A stretch of DNA of 64,000 nt from Candidatus Thalassarchaeum betae (lineage in GTDB: Archaea; Thermoplasmatota; Poseidoniia; Poseidoniales; Thalassarchaeaceae): NCBI GenBank assembly GCA_003193925.1, contig PSPG01000004.1, forward strand, positions 32,001 through 96,000. Reading direction: 5' to 3'. Positions 48,777 to 58,721 of this stretch are shown one piece after another (the first letter of the stretch is position 1; every line of letters begins with the position of its first letter). The notes beneath the pieces were generated by a model. It worked only from the letters and a program-made list of their open reading frames with translations. It did no database searches and was not told the DNA's origin. The translations under genes and the position numbers were made by a program.

Positions 48777-48943
48777 TAGAAGAACACCCAGAATACTAGT
48801 GTCACCATAGAGCATACGCCGACGAACGCGGCCAACTTGGTCAAATCGGCCCTATCAGTGAAATTGCTCAGGTACCAGGTGGACAATCCCGCTATGGCAC
48901 AGACCAGCAGCAATAGCTCACTGCCTGCTGGCAATGTCTCCAA
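48776..48943 (-). CDS. Unannotated 55-aa two-TM membrane protein
   Basis: Manual translation gives (M)ETLPAGSELLLLVCAIAGLSTWYLSNFTDRADLTKLAAFVGVCSMVTLVFWVFF. TTG start after GAGGGA; its TAA overlaps the next ATG (TAATG). Confidence 0.7.
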   Translation of the reverse strand: METLPAGSELLLLVCAIAGLSTWYLSNFTDRADLTKLAAFVGVCSMVTLVFWVFF

Positions 48944-48952
48944 CTGGATCCC

Positions 48953-49504
48953 TCAACGATTGCCTCGAAGGTACTCAGCAGTCTTGACGACGGAGGCAAC
49001 GAGGTCGCGGACCCTCTGATCCAACTTCTCGTCCATCAGATTTCCGTCATCGTCGAAGGCACTCTTCACGTTTCCCACCGCCACCTGCTCTGGAACAGCC
49101 CAGCCATGAATCCACCTGACTGCAATGCGCATATGATTCAGGGTGTTGGAGTTAGACTGTCCGCCCAGCGTGCTCATCAGTCCGAAAGCCTTGTCTGTGG
49201 TCTGATCGAAAGAGAGGAAGTCCAAATGGTTCTTCATCACCCCACTCATGGTACCGTGATACTCCGGACTGGAGAGGATGAAAGCGTCCGAGGAGGATGC
49301 TAGTCCCGTATATTCCTCGACAACAGGATGCGACCAGCAGCCATCCTCGCCGAGGAAGGGGAGCGTGTTCAAGGAATTGTCCCATAGTACGGTCTCAGCG
49401 CCTAGCTCCTCACAGTACCCCAACGCGATCTCCAACATGCGGCCATTGGCCGTATCGGGGCTATAGGTCCCGCATATCCCCATCACTCGTACAGGCTCCG
49501 CCAT
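48953..49504 (-). CDS. NAD(P)H-dependent FMN reductase
   Basis: SPEYHG.MSG.MKN.LD flavodoxin-like motif. Confidence 0.9.
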   Translation of the reverse strand: MAEPVRVMGICGTYSPDTANGRMLEIALGYCEELGAETVLWDNSLNTLPFLGEDGCWSHPVVEEYTGLASSSDAFILSSPEYHGTMSGVMKNHLDFLSFDQTTDKAFGLMSTLGGQSNSNTLNHMRIAVRWIHGWAVPEQVAVGNVKSAFDDDGNLMDEKLDQRVRDLVASVVKTAEYLRGNR

Positions 49505-49596
49505 GCTTACACGAAGGCGTGATTCGCCTTCAATACAGAGGTATAGCATCGGTCAAGTTCGGCGAATGCTTAACTTATGTGCACTAAGGCGATGGC

Positions 49597-51369
49597 GTGG
49601 TCGAAACACCGATATCAAAGGTGCTGGAAGAAGCCTCTTACAAGGCTAGAGCAGATGATATCCTCGGTGCTGTTGAATTATACCGCAAAGCCACCGAATT
49701 GGATGGCTCTAGCGCCTCCGCCTGGTATGGCCTAGCGGTGATGCAATCCAAGCGTGGAAACACTGCTGATGCAGTCTCCGCGTTCGAGCGGGCACACGAT
49801 CTAAAACCCGACCATGCACCAACCTCCGCTAATCTGGCCGTCTTACTGGAATCGAGGAATCCGGTCAGAGCCGCCAGCTTAGCGAAGTTGGCCCTGAAGA
49901 CGTTGTCGGATGTCGAGGAACTGACTAGGATCGCAGAGAGGCACCCTCCTGAGGAACCGCTGATCTTGCCGGCACGGATTGTAGAAAAGCAGGTGCAAGA
50001 AGTGATTCCACATCCACCTATGCTCGACTCAAAGCCAGTCGATGAAGAGCCTCTCATGCTGGAAGCGACTCCGGTACTGGCTGACATTGCCGACGTCGCC
50101 GAACATGCCGCTGAACTAGCACGTGAAGGCGAGTTTCAAGAGTCTCTGAATCTAATTCAACCGAGACTGGAAAGTGATGCCTCCGGCAATTCCTCCCTGT
50201 GGGCCCTGTGCGGCGTCTGCCTGTCCCAGTTGGATCATGTCGAAGATGCCATCCAGGCTATCGAATACGCCATTTCCATTGGTGAGGATTCGGCAAAGGC
50301 TCACTTCAATCTGGCTCAGTTACTGAGAAAGTTAGGCCGAAACGATGCCGCAATGCAATCACTCGCTAATGCGCTGTTATCCGACCCTTCGCACATCAAC
50401 AGTCTAGTTGCGAGAGGGGAGATTTTCCTAGAGAGGGGAGAAGATGATTTGGCTGTTCAAAATTGGGAGAGGGTCGTTGCAATGGAACCAGAGCATCCGA
50501 TATCCATTGAGATTGAGAATCTCAAACTGTCTGATGATGCAACCGATGACGATAGTGAAGAGGTGGTCAAGGACGAAGTTGAGAAACAATCTGCTGAGTC
50601 TGATGAGGATGCACCTATTCCCTTCGTTGAGACTCGTTCCTTCAAGATTGACAAGGCAAGGGAACTCACAGACTCTGGGGATCACGTCGGTGCTGTGAAC
50701 GCTTGGAAAGACCTCCTGCTTGATGACAACAGCTCACCCGAGGTATGGCACGGGCTAGCCGACGCGCTTTCTGTCGCTGGCCACATCGACAGAGCGCACC
50801 AGTGCAGACAGAGGGCAAATGCAATCGAAGAGGAAACTCAGAACGAAGAGAAGAGAAAGGAGGCCGTATCCGAAGCGGATCTGGTAGAAGCCGCCATTAT
50901 GGCCGAGGGAAAGGCCAGCCATCTCCCCCCAAGTGAGGAGGAGAGCGTCAATGTGGCGATCGAATGGTACAACAATGGCCTCAACCTGTTGACCGAGGAG
51001 AACAGTCTTGAGGCACTGAACTGCTTTGAGAAGGCGATTGGCGGAGCTCCAAGGGAGGAAAGGGAACTGCGTGTTCGCGCCCAGAATGGAAGGGGGCACG
51101 CGCTGTACCAATTACGCCGGTACCCTGAGAGCATACAGGCTTACCATGCTGCGATAACGATGGATCCCGCAGGTGTCACTGGCAGGGCACTGTACAATAT
51201 GGGATCGTCGTACGCTGCAGTCGAGTTATACGCCGATGCCATCAAGTGCTTCGAGCAGGCACTAGGAAGGGGTTTGGATACCGAGGATGTAACTATCTGC
51301 AAGACTCAAATCAACCGTTGCAGATTGTTGCACAAGGAGCAGGAGAAACGGCGTAGGGCCACGGCCTAG
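49597..51369 (+). CDS. Multi-TPR protein
   Basis: Several TPR clusters (AWYGLA, AHFNLA, ALYNMG..AIKCFEQAL) separated by acidic linkers. Confidence 0.85.
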   Translation: MVETPISKVLEEASYKARADDILGAVELYRKATELDGSSASAWYGLAVMQSKRGNTADAVSAFERAHDLKPDHAPTSANLAVLLESRNPVRAASLAKLALKTLSDVEELTRIAERHPPEEPLILPARIVEKQVQEVIPHPPMLDSKPVDEEPLMLEATPVLADIADVAEHAAELAREGEFQESLNLIQPRLESDASGNSSLWALCGVCLSQLDHVEDAIQAIEYAISIGEDSAKAHFNLAQLLRKLGRNDAAMQSLANALLSDPSHINSLVARGEIFLERGEDDLAVQNWERVVAMEPEHPISIEIENLKLSDDATDDDSEEVVKDEVEKQSAESDEDAPIPFVETRSFKIDKARELTDSGDHVGAVNAWKDLLLDDNSSPEVWHGLADALSVAGHIDRAHQCRQRANAIEEETQNEEKRKEAVSEADLVEAAIMAEGKASHLPPSEEESVNVAIEWYNNGLNLLTEENSLEALNCFEKAIGGAPREERELRVRAQNGRGHALYQLRRYPESIQAYHAAITMDPAGVTGRALYNMGSSYAAVELYADAIKCFEQALGRGLDTEDVTICKTQINRCRLLHKEQEKRRRATA

Positions 51370-53648
51370 TCGGAACCTCGTATTGACACAACGACCGATT
51401 TGCTGGTCGGTGTATTGCTGCCTTCGGCCACGCTGTCTAGTGGGACCAGCACATTGGCCTCGGGAAAATAAGTGGCGATGTTGCCCTTTGGAATATCATA
51501 TGGGACGAGGTACCAATTCGGTGCATGCCGTTCACTTCCTTCGAAATGAGATGTCAGGTCAACCAAGTCACCTTCGGACCAGCCGTTTTCATCAATGTCA
51601 GACTGATTCATCAGAACGACTCTCCGGCCCTTGTTGATACCCCTATACCTATCATCCAGACCATACACCGTAGTATTATACTGGTCGTGTGAGCGTATTG
51701 TCATCATCAGGAACTGGCCTGTATCGGCTGTAGCGCCAGAAATGTCGTGAACCCGGAAGTTCGCGTACCCCGTATCGGTGTTGAACGTCCTGCTGTCCCT
51801 GGGTGCGTTGGGTAGATAGAAGCCACCGTCGGACCTAACTCTCTCGTTGTATCCCTCGAATCCCGGGATGCTGGCTTCAATCAGGCCCCTGACCATATCA
51901 TAGTCCTTTGAGAGGTCCTGCCAGGCGATCCCACTTCTCCCGATTCTTGTATCCAAAGTACTCGCGATGCCGCAAATGATCGATGGCTCTGACCTCAGGA
52001 AAGGAGAGGCTGGCGTGGAAGAGCCCTTGGACGAGTGAACGATCCCCATGGAGTTCTCGACAGAGACGAACTGCTCGCCACGGTCAGTCAAGTCGGTTTC
52101 AGAGCGACCCAGACAAGGCAGTATCAATGCGGTCCGGCCGGTGATCAAATGTGATCGATTGGGTTTGGTTGAGACCTGAACCGTGAGAGAGCAGTTGCTG
52201 AGAGCCGAAGCGGTGGCTTTCGTATCCGACATCGCAGAGACGAAGTTACCGCCCATCGATAGGAACACCTTGGCAACGCCATCGCGCATCGACTTCACCG
52301 CGCGAACTGAATCCACCCCAGGCTTCGAGGGAGGGATGATGCCGGTGGAGTCGTGCAGGTCCGAGAGGAACTTGTCTGAAGGATTGTGATTGATGCCAAC
52401 GGTACGATCACCTTGGACATTCGAATGTCCGCGGACGGGACAGACACCCGCTCCAGGCCGACCGATGTGCCCCCCCAGCAATAGCAGGTTGGTTATCTCC
52501 TGAATAATGGCGACCGAATTACGATGCTGAGTCAGGCCCATTGCCCAGCAGACAATTGTGGATTTAGACTTGGAGACGATTGCACCGAGATTGGAGATCA
52601 CTTCTAGATTGACTCCAGAGCCCGATATGATAGACCCCCATGAAGTGGACTCCACGGTTCTCCGGTAATCAGCGAATCCACGGGTGTGAGTGGCGATGAA
52701 TTCCTTGTCCAATGCCTCCCTCTGCAATACGGTTTTCGCAAGACCCCTGAACAAGGAAAAGTCGCCGTTGACCCTGACGGATATATGCTCGTCTGCAATC
52801 GAAGTACCGCTACCCAGCAGTTCCAGAGGAGCCTGTGGGTGCTTGAAGCGCTTCATGCCGGTTTCAAACAACGGGTTAATGCTGATTACCGAAGCGCCGG
52901 CACGCTTGGCGTCCCTCAGTGCTGTCAGCATTCTAGGGTGATTGGAGCCAGGATTCTGCCCGGCTACGATAATTAAATCGGCCTTGGTGAAGTCATCGAG
53001 GGTTACTGTGCCCTTGCTGATGCCTATCGAGTCGTGCAAAGCGACGCTGGACGACTCGTGGCACATGTTCGAGCAGTCGGGCAGGTTGTTGGTTCCGAAC
53101 CTACGGGCCAGCAACTGCCAGAGGAAGGCGGCCTCGTTGCTGGTCCTGCCCGAAGTGTAGAATATCGCTTGGTCCGGATCTTCTAGGCTTTGCAACTCAT
53201 CAGATATGACGTCGAATGCCTCATCCCATGACAGTTTAGCGTAGTAATCGGAGCCCGATCTGAGGATCATAGGATGAGTGAGTCTACCTTGGGAGTTCAG
53301 CCACTGGTCTGACTTCCGAGACAATTCACCTACTGACCACTTGGACCAAAACTCGGGTGATGCCCTCTTTCTGGTGCCCTCGTCCGCGACAGCCTTAGCG
53401 CCATTCTCACAGAACTCCGCAACGGTCCTGTGCCCATCAGGGTCAGGCCACGCGCAACCAGGACAGTCAAAGCCATCGAACCTGTTGACAGAGGTGAAGT
53501 TTCTGAAGGACGCCAAGGAACCCATTCTGCTGAGACCGTGAGACAGAGTAGAAATAACCGCAGGTATGCCGGCTGCGACTTCCTTCGGTTTGGACAGCCT
53601 AGGAGGTGATGGCTCGAGCGGTGTGAGACCTTCGACGTCCCTCCCCAT
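51366..53648 (-). CDS. FdhF/YdeP-family molybdopterin oxidoreductase
   Basis: GFDCPGCAWPD, EFCENGAKA, YTSGRTSNEA, NLPDCSNMCHE, RGHSNVQG and RSHDQYNTT.YG. Confidence 0.92.
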   Translation of the reverse strand: MGRDVEGLTPLEPSPPRLSKPKEVAAGIPAVISTLSHGLSRMGSLASFRNFTSVNRFDGFDCPGCAWPDPDGHRTVAEFCENGAKAVADEGTRKRASPEFWSKWSVGELSRKSDQWLNSQGRLTHPMILRSGSDYYAKLSWDEAFDVISDELQSLEDPDQAIFYTSGRTSNEAAFLWQLLARRFGTNNLPDCSNMCHESSSVALHDSIGISKGTVTLDDFTKADLIIVAGQNPGSNHPRMLTALRDAKRAGASVISINPLFETGMKRFKHPQAPLELLGSGTSIADEHISVRVNGDFSLFRGLAKTVLQREALDKEFIATHTRGFADYRRTVESTSWGSIISGSGVNLEVISNLGAIVSKSKSTIVCWAMGLTQHRNSVAIIQEITNLLLLGGHIGRPGAGVCPVRGHSNVQGDRTVGINHNPSDKFLSDLHDSTGIIPPSKPGVDSVRAVKSMRDGVAKVFLSMGGNFVSAMSDTKATASALSNCSLTVQVSTKPNRSHLITGRTALILPCLGRSETDLTDRGEQFVSVENSMGIVHSSKGSSTPASPFLRSEPSIICGIASTLDTRIGRSGIAWQDLSKDYDMVRGLIEASIPGFEGYNERVRSDGGFYLPNAPRDSRTFNTDTGYANFRVHDISGATADTGQFLMMTIRSHDQYNTTVYGLDDRYRGINKGRRVVLMNQSDIDENGWSEGDLVDLTSHFEGSERHAPNWYLVPYDIPKGNIATYFPEANVLVPLDSVAEGSNTPTSKSVVVSIRGSD

Positions 53649-53693
53649 GCATCGTCAAAGGTGGTCGTGATACATCAGCGTCACGCAAGACGC

Positions 53694-54509
53694 CTATCCA
53701 GAACTGCCGTTGGCCACCCTTCGATTGCCGCTGAACACGGTCATCCTGTCGTCCCTGGCAAATCCGATTAACGTCATGCCATGCTCGTTTGCTAAATCAA
53801 CGGCCAGGGTGCTGGGAGCGCCTACGGCGATGAAAATCGGGAAACCGGCCCTCAGTGCCTTCTGAACCAATTCGAATGAAGCCCTGCCTGAGACGACTAC
53901 CATCTCATTGCAGATTGGCAACTGGTCGCTGCCCATGGCAGCTCCGACGAGCTTATCCATGGCGTTGTGGCGTCCGATGTCCTCGGAAATGTCAATGATC
54001 CCTCCAGAAGGGCTCACCCTGGCGCAGGCATGAGTACCGCCTGTGAGTTCGAATATCTTCTGATTGCTCCTGAGTCCGGATATCGCGAGAGAAACCTCGG
54101 ATTGACCTACTACGATCTCCTCGCTGAGCGGGGGACCGTGGATGTGCAGGAGAGTGGAAATGGACTCTCTGCCACAGACCCCGCAAGATGAGGTAGTGGT
54201 CGTCCTCCTGATGTGTTCGGAAGGGGCGAATGAAGCACCTTCTGAGAGGTGGATTTCGATCGCGGCTGATGACTCCTCGACTCTCTCGACATCCGACATC
54301 GTGTCTATGATGCCCTCTGAGAGTAGCAGACCGAGCACCAGATTCTCATCCTGCCCCGGAGTTCGCATCGTGAGGCCGAGGGAGTGCGGCTCTGAATCGG
54401 GTGCGTGGACAGAGATAGAGAGAGCGGCTTCCACAGAAACCGCGTCTGGCTCGCGAGTGGTCTTCCCCCCCATTACCCTTGAGACAGGCCTCTGCTCGAT
54501 GCCGTCCAT
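53694..54509 (-). CDS. fdhD: Formate dehydrogenase accessory sulfurtransferase
   Basis: MRTPG, SSCGVCG, TGG.HA, ED.GRHNA.DK, SGR.SFE.VQK and APS.LAV. The longer tracked ORF (to 55016) has a spurious extension. Confidence 0.92.
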   Translation of the reverse strand: MDGIEQRPVSRVMGGKTTREPDAVSVEAALSISVHAPDSEPHSLGLTMRTPGQDENLVLGLLLSEGIIDTMSDVERVEESSAAIEIHLSEGASFAPSEHIRRTTTTSSCGVCGRESISTLLHIHGPPLSEEIVVGQSEVSLAISGLRSNQKIFELTGGTHACARVSPSGGIIDISEDIGRHNAMDKLVGAAMGSDQLPICNEMVVVSGRASFELVQKALRAGFPIFIAVGAPSTLAVDLANEHGMTLIGFARDDRMTVFSGNRRVANGSSG

Positions 54510-54599
54510 GTCCCGCGTAGTGCATCCAGCGTATTGGGTTATGGCTGATGCAGCGAAGAATCTGCAACCGTTCAAATACCACTGCCTGAAGGGCATGGT

Positions 54600-54986
54600 G
54601 TGAGCATCCTTGGTGGAGACGGTTTCACTCTCCCTATCCTGACTCCGGTCGAGGTCGTGAATGTCGAAATTGAATTCACTGACTCGGCGAAAGCGGCGAT
54701 GATGAAGAACATGGACGGCGACGAAGGCTCTCATGTGCTGATTATCAGCGCCCAATCCGGCGGTTGCTCGGGATTCATGTATGACATGGCGATAGCAGAT
54801 GACCCCGACGATCCCAATTTCCAGCGCATAGATGCCGATGGGATTACCGTGCTGGTGCACAACAAGGATAGTCCGCTCCTGAATGGCATTCGCGTCGACT
54901 TCAAGGACACCCTCATGGGAGGGGGCTTCCAGATTGACAACCCCAATGCAGACAGGTCCTGCGGATGCGGCCAGTCCTTTGGTTGA
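54600..54986 (+). CDS. A-type Fe-S cluster carrier (HesB/IscA/ErpA family)
   Basis: GGCSGF.Y and NPNA.RSCGCGQSF. Confidence 0.92.
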   Translation: MSILGGDGFTLPILTPVEVVNVEIEFTDSAKAAMMKNMDGDEGSHVLIISAQSGGCSGFMYDMAIADDPDDPNFQRIDADGITVLVHNKDSPLLNGIRVDFKDTLMGGGFQIDNPNADRSCGCGQSFG

Positions 54987-54992
54987 GGTCTC

Positions 54993-55907
54993 ATGTCCGG
55001 TGAGGGATTTCTCCACCCCCTAGCAGAGGTGTTCGTGGTACCATCTAGCATCAGCGTGGTAAAGGGAGCGGACGGCTTGGAGCACCTGAATCGGACCTTG
55101 ACTGCCGACGTTTCAGGATTGCGACTGCAAGGGAGGCAGGATGCACTGCTGTGCAATGCAAATGGCAGGATATTGGATCACCTGATTCTGTGCAACCTCG
55201 GAGAGCAGGTGATTCTGGTGGGGAACCATGGTACTGGCGACGAAACTCGTCAACAGTTGCTCCAAGGAGTGGCTTGGGACGAAGAAGTGACTGTCATGAA
55301 CGCTGACGGAGCGATTGGGCACCTGAGGCTCCTAGGGAAGGCAGTCGACCGATGCCTAGTGGGATTGGGTATCGACCCGTCAGAAATCGATTCGCAATCT
55401 TGGACAGAATTCGGCAGTGCTCTGATATCTCGGACAGACGTCGGCGATTCAGCGATTACGGAGATCCTCGTCCCCTCAGTAGAGTTGGAATCACTGGTCG
55501 AATCACTGGTCGTCAACGGAGCAAAAACCATGGATTCAGCCAGATGGAGTGAGCTCCGCATCAGATTGGGCATTTTGGAACGCAGTGAGATGAATTCGTC
55601 CAACCTCCCCTTCGAACTCGGTCTGCACGAACTGATCGAACTTGACAAGGGATGCTACCCCGGACAGGAGATTCACGCTAGGATGGAAAGCAGAGGGAGA
55701 ATCTCGAGGACGCTGGTGCGGCTTTTCTCCGATCTCCCCCTTCCCATAGGCAAGCACGTGTCCCCTAATGTTGGGAGGATCACTGTAACCTCATACGCCG
55801 AACACGAAGGAGGGGTCGTCGCCCTTGCCATCATACCCAATGAAGCAAGGGAATTGGAGGAACTGGTATTCGAAGATGGTTCCCTGGTGAAGGTGGAACT
55901 AATCTGA
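54993..55907 (+). CDS. ygfZ: YgfZ/GcvT-like folate-binding protein
   Basis: KGCYPGQE signature; G.D...L...T.D N-terminal motif. Confidence 0.85.
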   Translation: MSGEGFLHPLAEVFVVPSSISVVKGADGLEHLNRTLTADVSGLRLQGRQDALLCNANGRILDHLILCNLGEQVILVGNHGTGDETRQQLLQGVAWDEEVTVMNADGAIGHLRLLGKAVDRCLVGLGIDPSEIDSQSWTEFGSALISRTDVGDSAITEILVPSVELESLVESLVVNGAKTMDSARWSELRIRLGILERSEMNSSNLPFELGLHELIELDKGCYPGQEIHARMESRGRISRTLVRLFSDLPLPIGKHVSPNVGRITVTSYAEHEGGVVALAIIPNEARELEELVFEDGSLVKVELI

Positions 55908-56978
55908 AGTGTCATCGCTCTCAAACTCAAACACCTCCCCCCTCTCCAACCATTCTGACAGAGGCATCAGCGGGGAGATGCGAAGCGAGCCCAGGTTTCG
56001 AGTGAATAGGTACAAAGTCGGGTCGTAATACTCGACCATCTGGTTCTGGAACGCCCTGCGCACCGATGCGGCACGGGAGCGGAAGAAACCCAACTCCACT
56101 GTGACACCGATGATGGTGGCTGTATAGAGCACGAGAAGAACGCTGAGAGAGAATACCACCGGGTCCCCGAACAAGTCATCCGTGCGTAACTGGCTACCAT
56201 ACAGCAGTTGTCTGGATAGTAGGAACACGAGCCCGACACCGACCAACGGCCCCAACGCGTCTTCGACGAATGCGTCCATCGGAGTCAATCGTCTCGTGGT
56301 GGGATCTGCGAATACCAGTGCATTGGCGGTTGCTGCACGGACAACTGATGTGATTGAGACCAGTACGATGTATACGGCTCCACTGAGCAGGAGAATGCCT
56401 CTTGCGTCAAGGGGGAGATACAGTACGACGAGGTAGGCGAATAACCCCAGAAACACTGTGATAGGCAGCCTGTGTACAGAAATCAGTACGCGATCAAGCT
56501 CTTTGGCGCCATCGTCCAGTCTGGGGATGCCTATGATCTCCCATCTGGTGATGCCCTGGATTATCTTGGCGACCAGGGACAAGGCCCTCTTGTCAATCAA
56601 TACCCACTCGATAGCCCTGAGTACGGGCATCAGGGGAATAGCGATAATCGCAGCGAAAAAACCGAGGACCGGCCAGACGATCAAACTCGGGAGCAGGATG
56701 AAGTGCTGCATCCTCAGAGGGTGCAGCAGATCGGATTCGATTCGAGCCTGCCGCTCTGGATCTATCAGGAACCTCCTCGCCTCGGCATCCAGTTCTGCTC
56801 TGTACCTCCTCAGCGGGATGCCGGCGTCAAGCACCCTCCTGATCTTCTCTCTGTAGTGCTCGTGTTCCGGCTCGGTGCCAACCCACCAGCGCCAACCCAG
56901 AGACAGTGGCAAAGCTAGGAACAACGGCGATAGGAGTATCAATACTGAGGTGAGCAGCGCCTCAGGGGTTGCAACCAC
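55899..56978 (-). CDS. Hypothetical polytopic membrane protein
   Basis: 359-aa ORF with about 6-7 hydrophobic helices. Confidence 0.75.
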   Translation of the reverse strand: MVATPEALLTSVLILLSPLFLALPLSLGWRWWVGTEPEHEHYREKIRRVLDAGIPLRRYRAELDAEARRFLIDPERQARIESDLLHPLRMQHFILLPSLIVWPVLGFFAAIIAIPLMPVLRAIEWVLIDKRALSLVAKIIQGITRWEIIGIPRLDDGAKELDRVLISVHRLPITVFLGLFAYLVVLYLPLDARGILLLSGAVYIVLVSITSVVRAATANALVFADPTTRRLTPMDAFVEDALGPLVGVGLVFLLSRQLLYGSQLRTDDLFGDPVVFSLSVLLVLYTATIIGVTVELGFFRSRAASVRRAFQNQMVEYYDPTLYLFTRNLGSLRISPLMPLSEWLERGEVFEFESDDTSD

Positions 56979-57038
56979 GCTCTCTGGTCACTACTCCCCC
57001 CAATAATGAAACGGTGCGCGATGCGAGGCGGACTTGAA

Positions 57039-57632
57039 TCACTGACCATCGGCGTAGCGACGGGAGACCTCTTTCCAATCAACGACGTTCCACCACGCTT
57101 CGATGTAAGACGCCCTTCCCGGGCCGTATTTCTTGTAGTAGGCATGCTCCCAGACATCGATTCCGAGAATCGGGATGCAATATCCATCCATAAGCGGATT
57201 GTCCTGATTGGGAGAAGAGCAGACGCAGAGGCCGCTCTCACGAATCCCCAGCCATGCCCAACCACTGCCGAAGCGAGTCATTGCCGCCTTGTGAAAAGCG
57301 GTTTTGAACTCCTCAAACGAGCCGAATGATGCGTCTATTGCAGATGCTAGGGCCCCGCTCGGACTCCCACCACTCGAAGGAGACATGACCTCCCAGTACT
57401 GACAGTGATTCCAGTAACCACCACCATTGTTCCTGACTGCATTATTATCACAGTGATTAGCAAGCAGATCCTCGATTGATTTACCGGACATATCCGTGCC
57501 TTCAATAGCCGCATTCAGATTATTTGTGTAGGCATTGTGGTGCTTGGTATGATGTATCTCCATGGTCAGAGCGTCAATGTGGGGTTCCAGTGCGTCGTAT
57601 GAATAGGGCAATTCAGGCAGTTCGAATGACAT
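57039..57632 (-). CDS. sod: Fe/Mn superoxide dismutase
   Basis: LPY.YDALEP, HHTKHH.AY, NNGGG..NH, FGSGWAWL and DVWEHAYY. Confidence 0.96.
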   Translation of the reverse strand: MSFELPELPYSYDALEPHIDALTMEIHHTKHHNAYTNNLNAAIEGTDMSGKSIEDLLANHCDNNAVRNNGGGYWNHCQYWEVMSPSSGGSPSGALASAIDASFGSFEEFKTAFHKAAMTRFGSGWAWLGIRESGLCVCSSPNQDNPLMDGYCIPILGIDVWEHAYYKKYGPGRASYIEAWWNVVDWKEVSRRYADGQ

Positions 57633-57727
57633 AATCTCAAATTCCCCAGCGGGCAGGAGGATATCAATTCTCTCGCAACGGTCGAAAGTGCTGTGTGGGG
57701 AACCTTGATTGAAGACCGACATAGCCA

Positions 57728-58711
57728 GTGACCGTGGGTAGAATCGCAGTCACCGATGGGATGTCCGAGGCTGCTGTGAAGGTTCTGGAGGCAGCAGGAC
57801 ACGAAGTAGTGTTGCAGCACTACACCCCGGAGGAGTTACTGTCTGGAGCGTTGGCCGATTTCGACGCAGTGGTCGTCAGGAGTGCAACGAAGATGACCGA
57901 TGAGGCCATCCGCGCATCCAGAACCGAATCGGAGGGGATAGGTTTCATCGGCCGGGCCGGGGTCGGTGTGGACAATATAGACATCACAACCGCAACCGAA
58001 TGCGAAGTGGTTGTCTGCAACACACCTGGAGCATCGACCCTGAGTGTCGTGGAACTGACTATCGGCCACCTCATTGCGTCTGCACGCCATATCCCAAAGG
58101 CCGACAGAACCCTCAGATCGGGAGAATGGGCCAAGAAGTCACTAAGGGGCACCGAGATCGGGGGGAAGCGACTCGGTCTAATTGGTTACGGAAGGATTGC
58201 CAGAGGCGTCGGCGAAGTCGCAAAAGCCATGGGAATGGTGCTTCACACCTTCGACCCGTACATCAGCCGCGACGTGACCGAGGCGTCTCAATGCACTCTC
58301 CACGACGATGTGGATGACTTGTTCAGGCTCTGCACCCACATCTCCATCCACTGCAACCTCTCGCCCGAGACGCATCACCTAGTCAACTCAGAGCGATTGT
58401 CGATGATGCCAGGGGTCGGTGCAGATGGGACCATCTGCGGCAATCACATCGTCAACTGCGCCAGAGGGGGCATCGTCGACGAAGCTGCAGTACTCGCCGC
58501 CCTGGAAACAGGGCAACTGTCTTCAGCGGCTCTAGACGTATACGAAATCGAACCGCCTGCTGGCAACCCCCTACTGGAACATGCTGACTTCCACGGTTCA
58601 CCCCATATAGGCGCTGCGACCTTAGAAGCACAGGCGAGGGTGGGCGAGGAGATGGTGGGCCTTCTGATTGACTACTTCAACGACGACAGACCCGTTTCAG
58701 CCATCAACTAG
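57728..58711 (+). CDS. D-2-hydroxyacid dehydrogenase (3-phosphoglycerate dehydrogenase-like, no ACT domain)
   Basis: RAGVGVDNID, G.GRI, N.ARGG.VDE, DV...EP and PHIGAAT.EAQ. Confidence 0.88.
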   Translation: MTVGRIAVTDGMSEAAVKVLEAAGHEVVLQHYTPEELLSGALADFDAVVVRSATKMTDEAIRASRTESEGIGFIGRAGVGVDNIDITTATECEVVVCNTPGASTLSVVELTIGHLIASARHIPKADRTLRSGEWAKKSLRGTEIGGKRLGLIGYGRIARGVGEVAKAMGMVLHTFDPYISRDVTEASQCTLHDDVDDLFRLCTHISIHCNLSPETHHLVNSERLSMMPGVGADGTICGNHIVNCARGGIVDEAAVLAALETGQLSSAALDVYEIEPPAGNPLLEHADFHGSPHIGAATLEAQARVGEEMVGLLIDYFNDDRPVSAIN

Positions 58712-58721
58712 AGGGGTAGTG

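Noticed and set aside
44576-53648. Selenocysteine recoding in MsrB or the FdhF-like protein
   Set aside because: The catalytic positions are Cys codons (RYCINS; CSNMCHE) and there is no in-frame TGA.
54510-55016. Apparent 440-aa FdhD fusion protein
   Set aside because: The N-terminal extension is antisense to the real iscA gene; FdhD starts at about 54509.
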